A DNA stretch of 64,000 nt, taken from assembly GCF_006345805.1 (NCBI RefSeq), contig NC_043008.1, positions 63,550,001-63,614,000 of the forward strand. The letters are read 5' to 3'. Below the pieces are notes generated by a model. It had not been told where the DNA came from. It did no database searches and saw only the letters and a list, made by a program, of their open reading frames with translations. The translations under genes were made by a program, and so were the position numbers. This document shows positions 25,256 to 37,840 of this stretch, in pieces (the stretch's first letter is position 1; each line of letters opens with the position of its first letter). The stretch comes from Octopus sinensis (lineage: Eukaryota).

Positions 25256-25544
25256 TATTTTCATGGTATATTTTCATTTTTCTTACCTTTCTTACTGCTG
25301 TTCTTTATCCAATCTTTCTTTTATTGTTATTTCTTGTCATTTTTGGCAACATCTCTTGTAAGATGAGTCCAGTGAAGCTTGTTTTTTTATCTGTCTAGTA
25401 TGTCTGTTTGTCTGCGTAAATTCATTTAAATAACATTATTTTTTGTTTATGTTTTTGCTGGACCTCAAGACTACGTTTTGTAAAGTTGAAGTAAATGTCT
25501 CTCAAATGATTGCCACCACTCATCCACACATTTAGTCAGATAAT

Positions 25545-26130
25545 TAGCCAGCTACCCAGTTAGCCTGCCAATCAGCCAACCAGCCAACCAGCCAACATGC
25601 TAGCCTGTCAACTAGTTAGCCTGCCAATTTATCAGTAACTCAGGCAACCAGCTAGCTAACCAGTCAGTCAAGTATCTAGCCAGCCAACAAACAAGCCAAT
25701 TGACCAACCAACCAATTAGCCAGTCAGCTAGCCAGCTAGTCAGGCAACCAGCTAACCAGCCAACTAGCCAACCAACCAATCAGCCAATTAGCCAGTTGGC
25801 TAGCCAATTAGCCAGTTGGCTAGCCAACTAGCCAGCCAACTAGCCAACCAGCTAACCAGCCAACCATACAACCAACCAACCAACCAACCTGCCAGCCAAC
25901 CAACCAGCCAACTAGCTAACTAACCAACTAGACAACCAACCAGCCAGCTTGCCAATAAGCCAATCAACCAGCCAACCAGTTTACTAAGCAGTTAGCTAGT
26001 TATCTAGCCAGCAAATCAAGAAGCTGACTGACCAACCTGCCTGCCAACAAGCCAGTCAACTAGCTAACTTGCTATCCAAACAGATAACCAGCTGACTAGC
26101 AAACTCTCCATCCATCCTTTTAGCCAACTG
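25545..26130. repeat. Cryptic tetranucleotide array (ACCA/GCCA/GCTA variants)
   Basis: About 590 bp of degenerate AGCC/AACC/AGCT units. Confidence 0.9.
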
Positions 26131-26138
26131 GTTGTCAA

Positions 26139-26948
26139 CAGGGGTGCATATGACCCCTGGAGATCCATACAGAATTATATGGGGTTCATGGAAACAAAAT
26201 AGTAAACTGGGGATCCACAGTAGTATTTTAGGGTACATGAAAACCATTTTACTTTAGGTGTTTATATTGCAAGAAACAGCTGGGTTTCTTACTTTAGTGC
26301 TTAACATAGTTCAACATGTAGGTGTAGGAGTGGCTGTGTGGTAAGTAGCTTGCTTACGAATCACATGATTCCAAGTTCAGTCCCACTGCATGGTATCTTG
26401 GACAAGTGTCTTCTACTATAGCCTCAGGCCAAAGCCTTGTGAGTGGATTTGGTAGATGGAAATTGAAAGAAGCCCATTATATATATGTATATATGTGTAT
26501 ATATATATTTATGAGTGTGTGTGTGTGTGTGTGTGTGTATGTTAGTGTGTCTGTGTTTGTCCCCCCAGCATCGCTTGACAACTGATGCTGGTGTGTTTAT
26601 GTCCCCGTAACTTAGCGGTTCGGCATAAGAGGCTGATAGAATAAGTACTAGGCTTACAAAGAATAAGTCCTGAGATCGATTTGCTTGACTAAAGGTGGTG
26701 CTCCAGCTTAGCCACAGTCAAATGACTGAAACAAGTAAAAGGGTATGTGTTTGGTCACTGAAACATGTTCTCTCAGAGTATATAATTATAAACCTATACA
26801 GATTAAGGCATAAAAAACAAAATAGGTGTTTTGTAAGAATTGTCTGTAAAATGAACTTTTAAACATCAAATGGTTATGGGTCGGAGTCCACCTGAATAAA
26901 ATAGTAATCAAAGGGAGTTCATTGGTAGAGAGTGGTTGAGAACCACTA
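26139..26948. mobile_element. Second copy of the 20620 hAT MITE, reverse orientation, with nested SINE A
   Basis: Starts CAGGGGTGC..GACCCCTGG, ends GGTTGAGAACCACTA; SINE A inside at 26319-26742 (+). Confidence 0.7.
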
Positions 26949-27216
26949 GATTTAATCTAGTCAGACAGCCAGGAAGCCAGTGAACCAACTTTATTTTGAT
27001 TTTATTGACTCCCAGAAGGATAGAAGAAAATGTCCAACTTAGCAATATTTGAAACTTGTGTAAACAAGATATTAAGCTAAAAATCTCAGACTCAGCTCAA
27101 CTAATTTATTTGATATTTAAGAACAAATTTAAAAGGAAAATAATCGATATTATAATCATTTCTGCCATTAATAGTATTAGATAGTGGGGCTGGTGATGGG
27201 GGGAAAGAAGGTGGTG

Positions 27217-28174
27217 TTAGCATTGGCTAATTATGGTGGTGATGGTAGCGATGGTTCTCGTGTTACTTGTGATGGGTTTGGTTCCAGTGTTGATAATATG
27301 TGCTGCTTGAGCTTGGGCTGGTTGCATTAGAGCTAATGACTGTCTTGGTAAAGTTGCTGATGGTAGTGGTATATGTAACAGTAGTATTGGTGCTAGTACT
27401 GATTGCAGAATTGGTATTAGAGATATTTGTGCCAGCAATGATGGTGGTTACACTTGTGACGGTTGTATTGGTGCTTGTACTTATTTCTTTATTACCCACA
27501 AGGGGCTAAACACAGAGGGGACAAACAAGGACAGGCACACGGATTAAGTCGATTATATCGCCCCCAGTGCGTAACTGGTACTTATTTAATCGACCCCGAA
27601 AGGATGAAAGGCAAAGTTGACCTTGGCAGAATTTGAACTCAGAACGTAGCATCAGACGAAATACCGCTGAGCATTTCGCCTGGCATGCTAATGTTTCCGC
27701 CAGCTCGACGCCTTTATTGGTGCTAGTACTGATTGCAGAATTGGTATTAGAGGTATTTGTGCCAGCAATGATGGTGATTACTCTTGTGATGGTTGTATTG
27801 GTGCTAGTACTGATTGTAACACTAGTACTAAAAGTATTTTTGTCAGCAATGGTAATGGTACTAATACTGATTGTAGTGGTGCCTGTAATGATTGTGTAGG
27901 TGCTAATATTGGTGGTGACATTAGTGTGAGGAATATTGGTGATGGATGGTACTATTGCAAACAGTAACTGGGGAATTGTTCCAGGGATAGTGGCAGTTCC
28001 AGTACAGATGGCATTGGTGCTAGTGATAGTGTTAGTGTATGAAGAAGAGGTGTAACCTTGGCTTATAAGGTTGTGTTCAACTGATATATTGCTCTGGGGC
28101 TCATAAGGGATATTATAACTATCTGTTGAGGGATGGAGGATCCAATTCCTTCTGAGGTGGGCTTTGAAGCAATC
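27217..28174 (-). other. Thr/Ser/Asn-rich low-complexity reading frame with an 81-bp repeat, split by a SINE (possible mucin-like exon or relic)
   Basis: Open 28174 to 27715 and 27465 to 27263 in the same frame (663 nt in total) once the SINE plus one TSD copy is removed; no ATG; candidate acceptor TCCTCCATCCCTCAACAG ends at 28123. Confidence 0.4.
27482..27714 (-). mobile_element. SINE family D
   Basis: Near-consensus; 16-bp TSD TATTGGTGCT(T/A)GTACT at 27466-27481 / 27715-27730. Confidence 0.93.
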
Positions 28175-28494
28175 TCATTTTGCCATGTAAAATTTCCCTT
28201 AGAATCTCTTTTTTGTGTTGTTGCACAGATTTATACTGTCCTGCATTACATTTTCTTTTGATCATTACACTTGTAAAACACAAAAGTTGTGGATGAGTAG
28301 AAATTTCAGATCAATTCTTACCAAACTCTTTTCATTTTACTAACGCATTCTAAAACCTCTTGTTGTGATTTATCAAAATCAAATATCATATCAACATACA
28401 TGACCACACGAGTTGTGATGTTATATAATGCTACAGGCGCAGTGACTGTCTTTCTTGTATGTATGTAAATATCGTAAATATCAATACATTTTCA

Positions 28495-28926
28495 GGATCT
28501 TTTCGGTTTGAACGGCAGTTTTTCTAGCGGTGTCATATGAAATTATTACCCATAATTATGACCCTAGCATCGATCTATTGCATTTCAATTTCTTTTAGGG
28601 TAAGGGTTAGTTAGAGTTAGGGTTAGGGGTGGGGGAAGGGTATATTTTTTTCTTCATAAATGTAAATAAACCCAATCTGTTTCTTAAATGAGGGACATAT
28701 TCATACGGTACAGAATGCTTTTTAACTCAAGGGATGTCATCGATTTGTTGAAATTGCAGAAATTGAAGAAAAAAAAGCAACAAATATCTTACAAACTATA
28801 GAATTTTTTCAATAAAGTCAAGAGGAAAAGATGTTTTATAAACACATTCTACCAGTATACGAAGTTTAAAATGTTTTAGTTACCTAGAAATTATGTTAAA
28901 AACTGCCATTCAAACTGAAAAGATCC
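28495..28926. mobile_element. Unclassified MITE, 432 bp, with internal telomere-like G-tracts
   Basis: 29-bp TIRs GGATCTTTTC(G/A)GTTTGAA(C/T)GGCAGTTTTT (27/29); CA on both flanks; GGGTAAGGGTTAG..GGGTTAGGGGTGGGGGAAGGG at 28598-28640. Confidence 0.88.
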
Positions 28927-29370
28927 CATTTTTACAAGTTCTTTTACTTTAGATTTTTGCTTACTACTTATAATTTACATACATATGTGGTATGTACTCA
29001 GTTTTCTTAAGTTACCCATTCACATCTAGAATTCTATTATTATTGCTGATATCCTCATTGTCCTTGTTATTGTCATTGTTGTTGTGATAGCGACTCACAA
29101 ACAGCATACTATAACAATATATTTATATATATTTTTGGATTAATATTTCAGTATGTAAAACAGACTAAAAATCTCTACAGATGCCACTATCATAAAAAAG
29201 CTGTCTGCCATATACCCAGTAACAATGAAAAATGTCCATAGCCCCACCACTATCTCCACACCAAATGGCAGTACTGTTTAGTTTGAAAAGCACTGCTTTA
29301 GGCCATCAAACATGAGGTTTTGCTATTTTGTTATGGCTGTTTATAATATATCTTTATATCCTATCTTTGA

Positions 29371-29905
29371 AGCGAAGGTGCATGGTTTAGTGGTTAGAGT
29401 ATTCAGCTCTTGAATATAAGGTCATGAGTTCACTTACCAGCAGTGCATTATGTCCTTGAGCAAGACACTTTATTTCACATTGCTCCAGTTCACTCAGTTG
29501 GCAAAAATGAGTTGTGCATGTATTTCAAAGGGCCAGCTTTGTCACACTATGGGTCACACTGAATCTACATTTTCTTACTGTATTTATTTTGAGATGCTCT
29601 GTGTTTCTTTCAATTATTTTAAATCTAACAAAGAATTTAGTAAAATAACTTGGTTATCATTAAGCCAGTGTTAGGAACATAAATTGTGACTAAGGTTTGG
29701 TGGAAGATTTTAATTCCAAACTTATGAAAAGAAGACATTTGTACTCAGAGCCAGAGCTGGTTTCAGCCGGGTTTGTAACAAAAGGGTTAAGGGCACACAT
29801 GTCTGTGGAGTGCTCAGCTACAAGCATGTTAATTTCATAAGCAGGCTGCTCTGATGACCAGATAAACTGGAACCCTTACCATCATAACCAACAGAGTGCC
29901 ATCCA
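29371..29905 (+). mobile_element. SINE, head C + tail T4, interrupted by a TTAA MITE
   Basis: Head C at 29371; T4 (GTATTTCAAAGGGCC...TCTGTGGAGTGCTCAG...CCATCCAT) is split by 29570-29786, which ends AAAGGG|TTAA. Confidence 0.8.
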
Positions 29906-30256
29906 TTTGTTTTTCATATCCTGCCAAACACAACATATACCTTTCATGCTTTGGGGCATTATTAAAACAAAATATATCAGGAACTGAGGGAGATCTAATA
30001 CTCCTATAGAGCAGAGATCAGCAAATTTTCTCTATAATGGCCCATTTGGAGGATTCCTTTTCATTTTCTCATGGCTCATTATAAAAATAATCTAAACTTC
30101 CAGCAATTTCCACCATCAGCAATGCATGCATAAGTTTAAATCAAATGAATTGTGATACAAAAGACTAAAAGCTTTCATCTATATGTTTGTGTGTATGTGT
30201 ATATTTAAGCATGTGTGTGTGTGTTGTGTCTGTGTGTGTAAACAGGTTTTGGCACA

Positions 30257-30640
30257 TCATCATCATCATCATTGTTTAACGTCCGTTTTCCATGCTAGCT
30301 TGGGCTGGATGATTCGACCGGGGTCTGGGATGCCAAGAGGCTGTGCCAGGCTCCAGTCTGATCTGGCCGTGTTTCTACAGTTGGATGCCCTTCCTAACAC
30401 CAACCACTCCGTGAGTGTAGTAGATGCTTTTTACGTGCCACCGGCACAGGGGCCAGAGGAGGCTGGCAAACGGTCACAATCGGTTGGTGCTTTTTACATG
30501 TCACTGACACAGACACCAGTCAGGCGGCACTGGTATCAGCCACTTTCGGATGGTGCTTTTTACATGCCACTGGCATGGGTATCACAACTACAATTTCGAT
30601 TTGATTTTTATTTTGATGTTGGTGTTGACGTACTTGACTC
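30257..30640 (-). mobile_element. RTE 3' UTR (family E) with three AAAAAGCA modules
   Basis: (CAT)n tail; GGATGCCCTTCCTAACACCAACC core; GCTTTTTAC.TG repeated at about 30425, 30490 and 30555. Confidence 0.85.
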
Positions 30641-30834
30641 AGATTTCACTTATATGGCATTGGTCAGCTAGAGTTTAACAAAGAAGACAATTATCCCAAG
30701 CACTGCACAGTGGAGTGTAACCCCAGCATTTCCTAATCTCACAATCAGAAATATAAATCGAGAGATTTTTTCCTTGTATTTACATCACTGTCATCTTCAT
30801 CGTCATCATCATTGTCATTGCCTTCACTGCAGCC

Positions 30835-31020
30835 ACCACCATGATCATCATTTTAACGTCCACTTTCCTATGCTTATTTAGGTTGGGTGGAATTTATCCA
30901 GGCAGATATTCTATGGCAAGATGCTTTTCCTGTCACCAACCCTCATTTGCTTCCAAGCAAGGCAATATTTCCCCATCACCAGACATGTTTTTGTGGAACA
31001 GTGGAAAGGAATGACACCCC
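30835..31020 (-). mobile_element. LINE 3'-end variant with (GAT)n tail
   Basis: TTTAACGTCCACTTT...GATGCTTTTCCTGTCACCAACC. Confidence 0.55.
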
Positions 31021-31189
31021 TCGTATGACAGTGACACTCATTTGCAGATAAAATGTCATTCCAAGACAAGGAAACACAAACACACACAAATACACACTCA
31101 CATACATGCTTGCACATACATACTCACACACATGCTTGCACATACGTACTTGCACATACTCACTCACATGCATGCCTGCACATACACAT

Positions 31190-31350
31190 ATACACAACAG
31201 GCATCTCTTTCCATTTCAATCTATCAATTGCCCATAAAAAATTTTGATCAGCCCAGGTTTATAGTAGAAAACATTTATCCAAGATGCCATGCAGTGGGAT
31301 TGAACCCCAAACTATTTGGTTGAGAAACTAACTCTTAACCACACAGCCAT
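31190..31350 (-). mobile_element. SINE family A, old 5' half
   Basis: CCAAGATGCCATGCAGTGGGATTGAACCC...ACCACACAGCC. Confidence 0.7.
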
Positions 31351-31953
31351 CTGCTTTCCTCACCTCTTTTGCTATCTCTGTTTGTATATTTAATCCAGAA
31401 AAGCTGCAGATGCTTCTGAAATATTTTTAGCAGTTTCACTTTAGCAATTAATGATTGAATTCATACAGTTTTTGTAGCAAAGCAGCAGTCTTACCAAATA
31501 TCATTATAAATAGCTGATTTCAGGACTCTTTATGCATGTAGAAGATTGAGAAATGATAACAAGCTAGGGAATATTCTATCTGATCTGTTTGAACTCCCAG
31601 AATTCTTCAAATTTATATCAGCTACAACAAGAAACAAAAACAAAAAAAAACAACAAAGAAAAATACTAAGGAGAGTAGAAAAGCTTTTAAGAATAGATGT
31701 AGATACTTTTAGAAAATTTGCCAACTGGACTTCTCTGCAGTTGGAAGTGGTTTTTGTTGAAGAAAGGTACTGAGTGAAAGCTTGCTTTCTCTTTTTCCTG
31801 TATTTGAATTATGATATAAACAATTCACAATAGGTAATCTTTACATTATAGATTTAAAAAGAAAGATATGATGTTCAATGAAACAAATATGTTATGTAAT
31901 GAGGTATGCTACATAAACTTTGTTGTTGCTGTTGTTATTATTATTATTATTAT

Positions 31954-32496
31954 TGAGTGAGCGAGCAGAGCATGCCATCAAAGTGACACTGGGGTAAAAC
32001 ATACGAAGCCCAGTATACCCATCATGACTACCCATCTGATAAGGGTACACCAGGCACATGCATCACAACCATATGTGCGCGACATGGTGATCTCATATCA
32101 AGATAAACAGCACATGACCTTGCAGGTGGAGCCCAGTTAGAATTTTCTTCAGATCGAGTAACCCATCCCGCTCAAAAGGTCCCTGAATAAGGGTTGTTTA
32201 AGGACGTTGAACGAAACACCCATGTTTCCAGAGGTGAATTATTCAAACCCCAAAGAATCCTTCTCCACACATGGCTATGATGCTCCCCCACTACTTCTGC
32301 CCGTGATCAGAGATGCACATATCGTCAGCCACTAAGGGACATGCTCAACTGGTTAAGGTCAAACAACTGACAAGCAAATCTGTGATATTTGCTGTAGCCC
32401 ATCTTTTATACCAAGACAAAACAATGTACATGATAACACTTCCAATCAGTTAAGATCAGAAGCCATGAGAGCCACTGCCTGGTACTGCATCAGGGC

Positions 32497-32497
<1 letters not shown>
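31954..32497. mobile_element. Unclassified 544-bp interspersed repeat embedded in (TTA)n
   Basis: Starts TGAGTG, ends GGGCA, (TTA)n on both sides; a second, inverted copy follows. Confidence 0.7.
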
Positions 32498-32544
<47 letters not shown>

Positions 32545-32545
<1 letters not shown>

Positions 32546-33109
32546 GAGTGAGAAAGCAGTGCATGCCATCAAAGTGACACTGGGGTAAAATATACGAAGC
32601 CCAGATTGGAAATGTTATCATGTATATTGTTCTGTCTTGGTATAAAAGACACACTACAGCAAATATTCTGCTCAATACCACAGATTTGCTTGTCAGATGT
32701 TTGACCATAACCAGTTGAGCATGTCCCTTAGTGGCTGACGATATGTGCATCTCTGATCACAAGCAGAAGTAGTGGGGGAGCATCATAGCCATGTGTTGAG
32801 AGGGATTCTTTGGGGTTTGGATAATTCACCTCTGGAAACATGGGTGTTTCGTTCAACATTCTTAAACAATCCTTATTCAGGGACCTTTTGAGCGGGATGG
32901 TCTACTTGACCAGAAGAAAATTCTAACTGGGCCCCACCTGCAAGGTCATGAGCTGTTTATCTTGATATGAGATCACCATGCTGTGCACATATGGTTGTGA
33001 TGCATGTGCCTGGTGTACCTTTATCAGACGGGTAGTCATGATGGGTATACTGGGCTTCGTATATTTTACCCAAGTGTCACTTTGATGGCATGCACTGCTC
33101 TGTCACTCA
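32545..33109. mobile_element. Inverted copy of the 544-bp repeat preceded by a 60-bp forward terminal duplicate
   Basis: 32545-32604 equals the start of the repeat; 32604-33109 is the reverse complement of about 31954-32450. Confidence 0.85.
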
Positions 33110-33239
33110 GTAATAAACAAATCATTCATAGATAATACCATAGACTTCTTACATCACTATATGATAATATACTAACTGCAGCTAAGCTTGAAAATCAAAC
33201 TAGAAAAAAATTTGGAGAAAGTTATGCAATAAAGTGAGA

Positions 33240-33300
33240 AAAACAAAAACACACACACACACACAAACGCAAATACACACTCACACACACACACAAACAC

Positions 33301-33335
<35 letters not shown>

Positions 33336-33346
33336 CACAAACACAA

Positions 33347-33405
<59 letters not shown>

Positions 33406-33413
33406 CAAACACA

Positions 33414-33449
<36 letters not shown>

Positions 33450-33456
33450 AACACAA

Positions 33457-33489
<33 letters not shown>

Positions 33490-33664
33490 CACACACAAAC
33501 ACAACACACACACAACACAAACACACACACCACACAAAACACACACCAAACACAAACACACACACCACACAAAACGCAAACACACACACACACACAAACA
33601 CACAACACACCACCACACAAAACACACCACACACACACAAACACAAACACACACACAAACGCAA

Positions 33665-33697
<33 letters not shown>

Positions 33698-33789
33698 CAC
33701 GCAAACACACACCACACACACACACAAACACACACACACACACAAACCACACACCACAAACACAAACACACACACACACACAAACGCAA

Positions 33790-33822
<33 letters not shown>

Positions 33823-33829
33823 AACGCAA

Positions 33830-33888
<59 letters not shown>

Positions 33889-33921
33889 CAAACACAAACA
33901 CACACACACACACACACGCAA

Positions 33922-33952
<31 letters not shown>

Positions 33953-33955
33953 CAT
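33240..33955. repeat. About 715-bp (CA)n/(CAAA) compound microsatellite
   Basis: Direct read; source of the CV/HT ORFs. Confidence 0.98.
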
Positions 33956-34317
33956 GATGCAAACAAGAAATTTTTTGACTGGACAATTTTTATTTTTTTT
34001 ATAAAATGAAGCTAAACTTTATTTCTCACAAACAACAACACTATTTGAACTGATGTTTCACATGGTTCAGGATTTGGTGACAGCTGCATATGTCTGAGAT
34101 AAATAGGTCTTAAGGAGATAAATAAGTCTATTCTAACAATCTGGATGTAGGTTTATACCAAGGATTGGGAGAAGGGCACATGTCTTTGCTATGACAGAGC
34201 AATCCAGTGTTGTGTGGTGGGTTCTCCAAACTGCCCTATATATTTTAGAGATATTATATTACTACTTTATTGCTTTAAATTGTTATTATTTTTTATTGTT
34301 ATCTATTTAATAATGTT

Positions 34318-34581
34318 GTGGAGGCACGTGGCTTAGTGGTTAGGGTGTTAGCACCACGATCGTAAGGTTGTGGTTTCGATTCCTGGACCGGGTGACGCAT
34401 TGTGTTCTTGAGCAAATCACTTCATTTCATGTTGCTCCAGTCCACTCAGCTGGCAAAAATGAGTAACGCTGCGATGGACTGTCGTCCCATCCGGCTGGGG
34501 AACACATATGCCATTGAAGCTGGGAAATCGGGCTCATGAGCCCGGCTAGGCTTTAAAAGGGCGCATTTATTATTTTTATTT
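34318..34581 (+). mobile_element. SINE, head C-variant + tail T1
   Basis: TSD TATTTAATAATGT at 34304-34316 / 34582-34594. Confidence 0.9.
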
Positions 34582-35244
34582 TATTTAATAATGTAGTGTT
34601 ATATTTCAGGATGGTCATTTTTTTACTTACCTAATAAACAAACACTATTTATTTGTTCTTAACTCATTTATCATCGTTCTTATTGTAATAAACAAGTGAA
34701 GAACAAATATATAGTATGTGTGCTTATTTGGCAAGGAAAAAAAAGGTAACCATCCTGAAATATAACAATATCTCTTTCAACACTCGATTTCACATCAAGA
34801 ATCTTGAAAAACAAATTCATAAATGTATTTAATAATTCCATTACCATTGCTGTTGTTATCCTTGTAGTCTTTGGTTACAGGAAGAGTATCCAGCCATAGG
34901 AAGTCTGTATCATTAACAAAACTTGTATTAAAAATGTTAGCTACTGCCACTTGTGTCAAGCTGTAAATGTCTCAGATATTTTTTCCTTTATTAGACAAAA
35001 AGCTGCAGACCTGAGACATAATATTTCCTGCCTTTTGGTTAACAAATGAGACAAGCGTTTCTTTTCTTTTTCTTTTTTCTTTTTTTTTTTGTTTTGCATT
35101 TTTTTTTTCCATTTCATCTCTGAGCTGAGCTGGAAATTCTTTAACTTATACATAGATAAAGAACTTCACCCTTTATCAAAAACTAACCATTAAATCATTT
35201 ACAAAAATTGTTTGACTCTGTAAATACTGAAAACTCATATTCAC

Positions 35245-36200
<956 letters not shown>

Positions 36201-36324
36201 GGAAGACTTTGCTTTGTGATTATGACTGACTCTTACAGCCTTAAACATCTACAAAGTATTTAGGACACACTTACACTGTTGATAGACTTAAATAGTAGTT
36301 AATGGTGGTGCAACAATAGGAAAT

Positions 36325-36580
36325 GTGGAAGCGTGTGGCTTAGTGGTTAGGGTGTTGAACTAATGATCATAAGATTGTGGTTTCAATTCCTGGACCTGGT
36401 GAAGCGTTGTGTTCTTGAGTAAAACACTTCCTTTCACATTGCTTCAGTCCACTCAGTTGGCAAAAATGAGTAATCCTGCGACGGACTGGCGTCCTGTCCA
36501 AGTAGGGAATATCTACACCACTGAAACCGGGAAACTGGCCTTTATGAGCCTGGCATGGCTCGAGAAGGAACATTTATCTA
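36325..36580 (+). mobile_element. SINE, head C-variant + T1-like tail ending GGCTCGAGAAGGAACA
   Basis: Same tail variant as the 39541 copy, which has a B-type head. Confidence 0.85.
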
Positions 36581-37000
36581 TATATATATTTCTTTATTAC
36601 CCACAAGGGGCTAGATATAGAGGGGACAAACAAGGACAGACAAAGTGATTAAGTCGATTACATCGACCCCAGTGTGAAACTGGTACTTTATTTATCGACC
36701 CCGAAAGGATGAAAGGCAAAGTCAACCTACGTGGAATTTGAACTCAGAATGTAACAACAGACGAAATACCTATTTCTTTACTAGCCACAAGGGGCTAAAC
36801 ACAGAGAAGAGAAACAAGGACAGACAAACGGATTAAGTCAATTATATTGACCCAGTGCGTAACTGGTACTTATTTAATCGACCCCAAAAGGATGAAAGGC
36901 AAAGTCGACCTCGGCGGAACTTGAACACAGAGCGTAGTGGTAGACGAAATACCGCTAAGTATTTCGCCCGGTACGTTAACGTGTCTGCCAGCCCGCCACC
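36581..37000 (-). mobile_element. Two head-to-tail SINE D copies
   Basis: 36581-36770 (head truncated at GACGAAATACC) and 36771-37000. Confidence 0.85.
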
Positions 37001-37441
37001 TTCATTTATATATATATAATGGGGATGCACCACGAGGAAATGGAGAGTCAAAGAACAAAATATAATAAGAGACAAATTAAAATTTATTATAAAACTGTGC
37101 TCACAATCAATCATTTTTTTTGTTGCTTTCCTCCTTAGTGTTACATAAAAATGCTTCTTTTTCCCAAATTGTCTACACCATTGCAGAGTGTGGTCTGATA
37201 ACAGCTATTTATCATTAACAGATAGAAGCTGTCTGGTATTGTTGATTTTTTTCACACTGCATTCTTTAAGAAGTTGGTAGAAACATTAGCAAATGCGTTG
37301 CTATATTTGCTCCAGCTCACTGTGTTTGAAGTTCAAATTTTGTTGTGGTCAGCTTTGTTTTGCATTCTTCTGGAGTTGATAAAATCAGGTAATATTCCAG
37401 GCCAGTGGATTGGTAAAAAATTTTAAAGCAGAACATTCAAT

Positions 37442-37840
37442 AGGCGCAGGAGTGGCTGTGTGGTAAGTAGCTTGCTTACCAACCACATGGTTCCGGGTTC
37501 AGTCCCACTGCGTGGCACCTTGGGCAAGTGTCTTCTACTATAACCTTGGGCTGACCAAAGCCTTGTGAGTGGATTTGGTAGATGGAAACTGAAAGAAGCC
37601 CATCGTATATATGTATATATATGTGTGTGTGTGTCTGTGTCTGTGCTTGTCCCTCCCAACATCGCTTGACAACGATGCTGGTGTGTTTATGTCCCTGTAA
37701 CTTAGCGGTTCAGCAAAAGAGACTGATAGAATAAGTACTAGGCTTACAAAGAATAAGTCCTGGGGTCGATTTGCTCGACTAAAGGTGGTGCTCCAGCATG
37801 GCTGCAGTCAAATGACTGAAACAAGTAAAAGAGTAAAGAG
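37442..37840 (+). mobile_element. SINE family A, complete
   Basis: Full head AGGCGCAGGAGTGGCTGTGTGG; TSD ATTCAAT at 37435-37441 / 37841-37847. Confidence 0.95.

Noticed and set aside
27187-28060. 81-bp repeats or SINE arrays read as a CRISPR-like array
   Set aside because: No constant repeat with unique spacers, no cas genes, and a eukaryotic context.
33172-34004. 224-264-aa ORFs (CV/HT repeats), and similar YI/HI ORFs at 6.7, 22.6, 40.8, 57-59 kb
   Set aside because: Pure microsatellite translations; the lack of stops follows from composition.
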